Made by a program: the position numbers and the translations under genes. From contig CM022669.1 of the NCBI GenBank assembly GCA_012295275.1, forward strand, positions 13,950,001 through 14,014,000: a stretch of 64,000 bases of DNA, written 5' to 3'. The DNA comes from Chrysomallon squamiferum (lineage: Eukaryota; Animalia; Mollusca). The notes below the pieces were generated by a model. It made no database searches. It saw only the letters and a program-made list of their open reading frames with translations, and was not told the DNA's origin. Shown here piece by piece: positions 49,375-64,000 of this stretch (position 1 is its first letter; each line of letters opens with the position of its first letter).

Positions 49375-49739
49375 AAATCAAATCAACAAAGGAGCAAAAT
49401 GAAAGAAAGAAAAAAAAGATATAATACGAAATGATACACAAAAAGTATTTGAACTGTCATCACGGTCTGTCGAAATGTCATCGTTTTTAATTAATCAGTG
49501 GCGCGATAATGCCGAACAATACTAATGCCAACATTTCACTGTTTTCTGTTCGGAAAATTGCACAGTTTTTCTGGCTTCGGAGATTAACGTAGTCTGGGAA
49601 GGGTCGTTTTAATATCCTGTCAAATTACGCGTTAAGCCCAAAAGAAATATCGGTAAATCCTTTTAAAAAGGCTAACCTTTTTTTTTTTGATCGACTCCTT
49701 CATTAAAGAGTTCTCTTAGTGAAAGGTAACTGACGAATC

Positions 49740-49784
<45 letters not shown>

Positions 49785-49989
49785 TTTTGTTATTGTTATT
49801 ACTATTATTATTATTATTGTTATTATTATTACTATTGTTATTATTATTATTATTATATTATTATTATTGATATTAATATTACTATTGTTATTGTTATTGT
49901 TATTATTGTTGTTGTTGTATTGTTTTCACTATCATTATCATCATCATCAATATCATCCTTTTAAATTATTATTGTCATCATCATCATCA

Positions 49990-50036
<47 letters not shown>

Positions 50037-50174
50037 TTCACGTAGGGTAACATAACATAATTCTAATTTCTATCTATTCTCGCCCCCGCCTTTTATACCG
50101 GATTCGCTTCTGCAAAATTAGCAAACTGTTTTAATCAAGGGGCTTCCGTACTCATGCTTTTATTATTTTGGTTT

Positions 50175-50210
<36 letters not shown>

Positions 50211-50306
50211 TTTTTTCTGATTCGTGTTACCTGGTTCTCTCATTTTAGGTTTACATGTATGTTAAAACGTCACTTACATCATTGATAACTTATGGGAATC
50301 ATTGTA

Positions 50307-50370
<64 letters not shown>

Positions 50371-50447
50371 TTGTGTGTTTATATATATATATGTGTGTGT
50401 GTGTGTATAGATGCATATACTGTGCACTGCTACTGTTACACACTCAT

Positions 50448-50481
<34 letters not shown>

Positions 50482-50493
50482 ATACATATATAT

Positions 50494-50554
<61 letters not shown>

Positions 50555-51878
50555 CATACATATATACATACATACATACATACATACATACATACATAAA
50601 TACAAACATATATACATATACATACATACATACATACATATATTTACATATATAAATATACATGCTACACACATGTACACAAAGCTATTAAACGACGACC
50701 TATGACAAACGTTATTATTTTCTCACGTGGATGTTATCATCCATTCCTCGATGTGTGCCCTGTTGTTATTTTTCATTGTATGTTTTTAATTACTGTTTTA
50801 TTACGATCATTCAGATTATCGTACCGTGCCTGCTGAGGAATCTGCTAAATGGTATCAAATTATCAGTTTTCAAAAAAGATCTAAATTTTTTTTTTTTTTT
50901 TTTTTCGTAAACTATTTATATTTTTGTTTGTTAATGGTCAGTATGTATTAATCATTATACTTTATTACATATGCACGTATAGAAAGATATATATATATAT
51001 ATATAAAACGCGTTTTGCAGGGAACAGCTGTAGAAAATAATTCGAATATCAGTCTGTTACAAATATTGTGAAGCAAAACCTGTCAGAGGATAAATAAAAC
51101 GAAATAAAATAAACAGGTTGACTGAAATAAAACTAGACCCGAAATAAATAAAAAATTAAACAATATAAAATACGTAAATAAATAATAATAAAAAAAGAAG
51201 ATAAATGTATAGATAAACAAACAGAGACAGATAGATAGATAGATAAATAGACCGACAGACCGACAGACCGACAGATAGATAGATAAACAGATAGGTTTGA
51301 TATATAGATAGATAGACTTATAAAGAAAGAACAAAATAAAAAATAAAAAAATAAACACAACATAAAATGAAATGAAGTTGAATAGAGTAGTAAAAATGTA
51401 ATATAATATAAAACATTACAAAACAATAACTATAAAATAAAAACATATCTATATATACCTACGTGTTTATTTTATGGTTATCGTGTTGTTTTTTACCGGG
51501 AAGGAGTACTGTTTAGTATATGTTACACGTGTAGTCAATCGAATATGCAAATATGGGAAAAGATCGGAACGTCGCGTTAATACAAATGAGATGCACACTG
51601 CAAATGCAGGGTTATCTGCTTGCCTTCCTCTGTGATTGTGTCTGAGTGCGTGCGTTTGTGTTTGTGTGCAAGTTAATTACCAGCAAGAGAAACAGGATAG
51701 CGAGAGTGGCAACAGCTGAAATTTAAAGTTATATATGTCCAGCTTGTGGAAAACTCGTTCATTCTGCGTAATAACTTAAATTAATTTGAGAGTTTGTAAT
51801 TGTTTGCTAAGTCCATCTAAAATACGGATAATTATATGTGAAAATAAATAAAATGTACGCTGAGTAATACATAAATAA

Positions 51879-51925
<47 letters not shown>

Positions 51926-53350
51926 GGCAGACAGGCAGACAGGCAGACAGACAGACAGACAGGCAGGCAGGCAGGCAGGCAGATAGATAGAGAGATAGAT
52001 AGAAAGATAGAAAGACAGACAGATAGAGAGATAGATAAGCAGATAGGTAGGTGAGAAGAAATAACCCAATAACTAAATAAATAAATAAATAATAAACAAA
52101 CAAGTAAATAAATAATAATAACAAAAAAACCACAAAAAACCCCAACTCAAACAAACATATAAATAAATAACAGTTAAACAAAAAAAAAAAAAAAAAAAAA
52201 AAATACAACACAATAAAAAAAAAAAAAGTAAACACCAAAAAAAAAAAAAACCACACAACAATAACAAATAAATAAGTAAATAAATATAGAGGCAAACAAA
52301 CAAGAAAGAAAAACACAAATTAATGTGTGAAAATAAATAAATAATTAAATACCTGACCCACTAATTAACTGTTTGACAAAGAGCGACTTCGAGACAGGTG
52401 TGTCTAAAGAGATCGAGTGATAACACCGGGATTAATTTAAACAACGCAAACACAAACAAACACCGCAGCGCTTTCTGATAACCTGAAACACACGTACAAA
52501 CAGACGTACGTACGTACGTACGGACCCACGGAAAGAAAACCGAGCGTCCACGTCCGTAAATATATATATATCTTGTTTTCATTCCTTTGTTTTTGTTTAT
52601 TTTTGTTGTTGTTGTTATTGTTGCTGTTCTTGTTATAATAATGATAACAACAGCTAACGAACAAACAAGAAATCAAACAAATAAATAAATGGCCAGATAA
52701 ATAAACAAACAAACGAACGAACGAATAAATAAATACCAAAAAAAATGGACTCGTCCTTTTCATTAAATTTCGGAATTACTTTTCTTTCTTGTCCCACGGA
52801 AAAAAAAAAAAAAAAAAAAATTGTGGAATGGAGCAAAAAATGATTTTTTTTTCTTCTTCTTTTTCTATGTAATATATTTATTTGTACCTAAAATAGCGAT
52901 CAAAGCATTGCCGTTACATCTGCTGTACATCATTTCTGTCAACCATTAGACAAAAAATTTAAATACTGACTCAATCGAATCATTCGTCGCTTTGTCGGTC
53001 GGTTACCGAGGTGTTCAGAACGTGAAAAGTGTAATCAGCGGATGAAACAGAATTCTACACTCTTCTAACCGATTCCGCCAAACTTCGATCCTCATTCTGA
53101 CATAATTAGCGAAGGCTCATTTGGCGCAGTTATGGCGTTTTCCTTTCGGCTTGTGAGTTTTGTTAATACGACTAAAATCCTGTATCAATGAGAGAAGATA
53201 TCTTTCACTCCCTGTCTATTTTTTTCTTCTCAGTTGACTCCCAACCTATTGAAAATAATTGTAACCAATTACTAATAATGGATACGGCAGCCGTCTGCTC
53301 TTTTCAGAAAGAACAAAAAAATGAACCATCCTAATATTATGTAAAAATAG

Positions 53351-53533
53351 GCGCATGCGCAAAGCAGACCACTAATGTATCACTCCCTCGTAAACCTCCC
53401 CCCCCAAACTAAACAACAACAACAAAATAACAACAACAACCTCATCAACCAATATGAAGAGAAGGAATATTTTATGAGCGTCGTATTTAACTGCCGAAGA
53501 CAGTTTCATTCATCAAAATACGCATCTATAAAA
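53351..53533 (+). promoter_or_regulatory. Putative promoter of the PC1/3-like gene
   Basis: Perfect NRF1-type palindrome GCGCATGCGC (53351-53360), CCAAT (53449) and TATAAAA (53527), about 380 bp upstream of the ATG. Confidence 0.45.
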
Positions 53534-53905
53534 AAATAAAAAAATATCTTCGTTTACTTAATATATATTTTATATCAACGTGAACGGTGTACACAGATAT
53601 AGATACAGATATTATATTCAGCGTATTCTGTAAACTGATTTGACGAGATAGTTCATAGGACGCATCGTATAATATTGCAGCTGTTACATGCTCTGAATTT
53701 CACACGACTAAACGGCCTATGACGATATTATGAAAGGGAAGGTCTGATTCTGTGAGCAGAGAGACATAACTCTCCCACTTCGTCAACTGGACAGCTGGAA
53801 CTGGAGACTGTTTGGATCCACGGGAGAGAAACAAACAAAAATAAAAGAAAGAAAGAAAAAAGACTTCCACAAAAACACTAACTTATATGATCGCGGAGCT
53901 GTAGT

Positions 53906-62847
<8,942 letters not shown>

Positions 62848-62982
62848 GTAGGTTAACCTTCTTGTCTTTTTCAGTTAAATAGTCTGATACAAACCGCTAC
62901 ATTACCACTGCACAATATTTTGAAAATATACTGCAAAAATTCGATTATTTTTGTTTATTAATTTGTTTGTTTGTTTGTTTGT

Positions 62983-63013
<31 letters not shown>

Positions 63014-63105
63014 TTATTATTATTTATCATTATTATTATTTATTATTATTATTTATCATTATTATTATTATTATTATTATTTGTTATTTATTATTATTAT
63101 TACTA

Positions 63106-63147
<42 letters not shown>

Positions 63148-63262
63148 TATTATTATTATTTATAATTATTATAATATTATAATTATTTATTTATTTACAT
63201 ATTTGTTTATATATTTGTTTATTTATTTGTTTACCTATTTATTTATTATTTTATTATTAATG

Positions 63263-63297
<35 letters not shown>

Positions 63298-64000
63298 CGA
63301 ACAATAATCGTTTTCAAAGTACGTGACTGGAATAAATCGTGTTTGCTGTTTTTATCCACAGAGAAATTAATTAAATTAGAACATTATAAAGTGATCTGTT
63401 TTGAACAGGGCAGAATGAGGCTGCTAACACTCGACCAGTTGTTAGTGCTGTGATTAAAGAGCAAAACAAAATTTCCAAATTACATTACAGACACACAGAC
63501 ACATACACCCGCAAACACACACATAATCTCTATTACTATTATTATTATTATTATTATTATCATCATCATCATCATCATCATCATCATCGCTTTAATTTAA
63601 AAACATTCTATTTTAAGTTAATTCGGAAAGAGTAACGATTCTGAACGCTTAATAATAATGAACGTATCGGTTTTCTTCTTCTTCTTTTGTTCTGTTTTTT
63701 TTTTTTTTTTTTTTTTCTTTTCTGTGAAATGTCGTCAAACTCTGTCAGGGGTCTGACAGAATTAGGAAACTTATTCAGCGACAAACTCCATCGAGATTTG
63801 CAGCGGAAATAACGAGATCCCAACCGTCAACGATCCGTAACTAATCAGCGAACGCGGGCCGGCAATTTCCGCCAAATGACGGCGGGGTTCACGTGACCGC
63901 CGACGTAACCAATAGAATTCATTTATTATGATTAAGGTTAATTGTGATCCCGCGTAGCAAAAGCTATATTCTTCCGAGATCTGACATTTTGTTAATATTT

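Overview
This is AT-rich, microsatellite-dense, intron-containing animal genomic DNA. It is probably an invertebrate, lophotrochozoan/mollusc-like, which is an inference from gene content and repeat style. Most ORFs in the supplied track are simple-repeat artefacts. Manual splice-site reading supports six genes. (1) The 5' two exons of a signal-peptide-bearing cupin/JmjC-like gene (minus strand, runs off the left edge). (2,3) Two tandem, divergent, unrecognised coiled-coil paralogs (minus, about 4.9-9 kb and 17.4-24.5 kb) with matching 8-exon cores, including heptad-multiple exons, an internally duplicated 231-nt exon and a predicted GC-AG intron. (4) A complete OTUD7/Cezanne-type deubiquitinase (plus). 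(5) A ~14-finger C2H2 zinc-finger gene with polyQ, interrupted by a +1 frameshift at CTC-TTT-CCA. (6) The first two coding exons of a prohormone convertase PC1/3 (PCSK1)-like gene (runs off the right edge). Also present are three MITEs with TIRs, a perfect 340-bp tandem duplication, a palindromic ~40-bp minisatellite, a cluster of full CRE sites over the coiled-coil locus and visible CpG-depletion domains. No rRNA, tRNA or CRISPR array is supported. All exon coordinates were read by eye and need RNA-seq confirmation.
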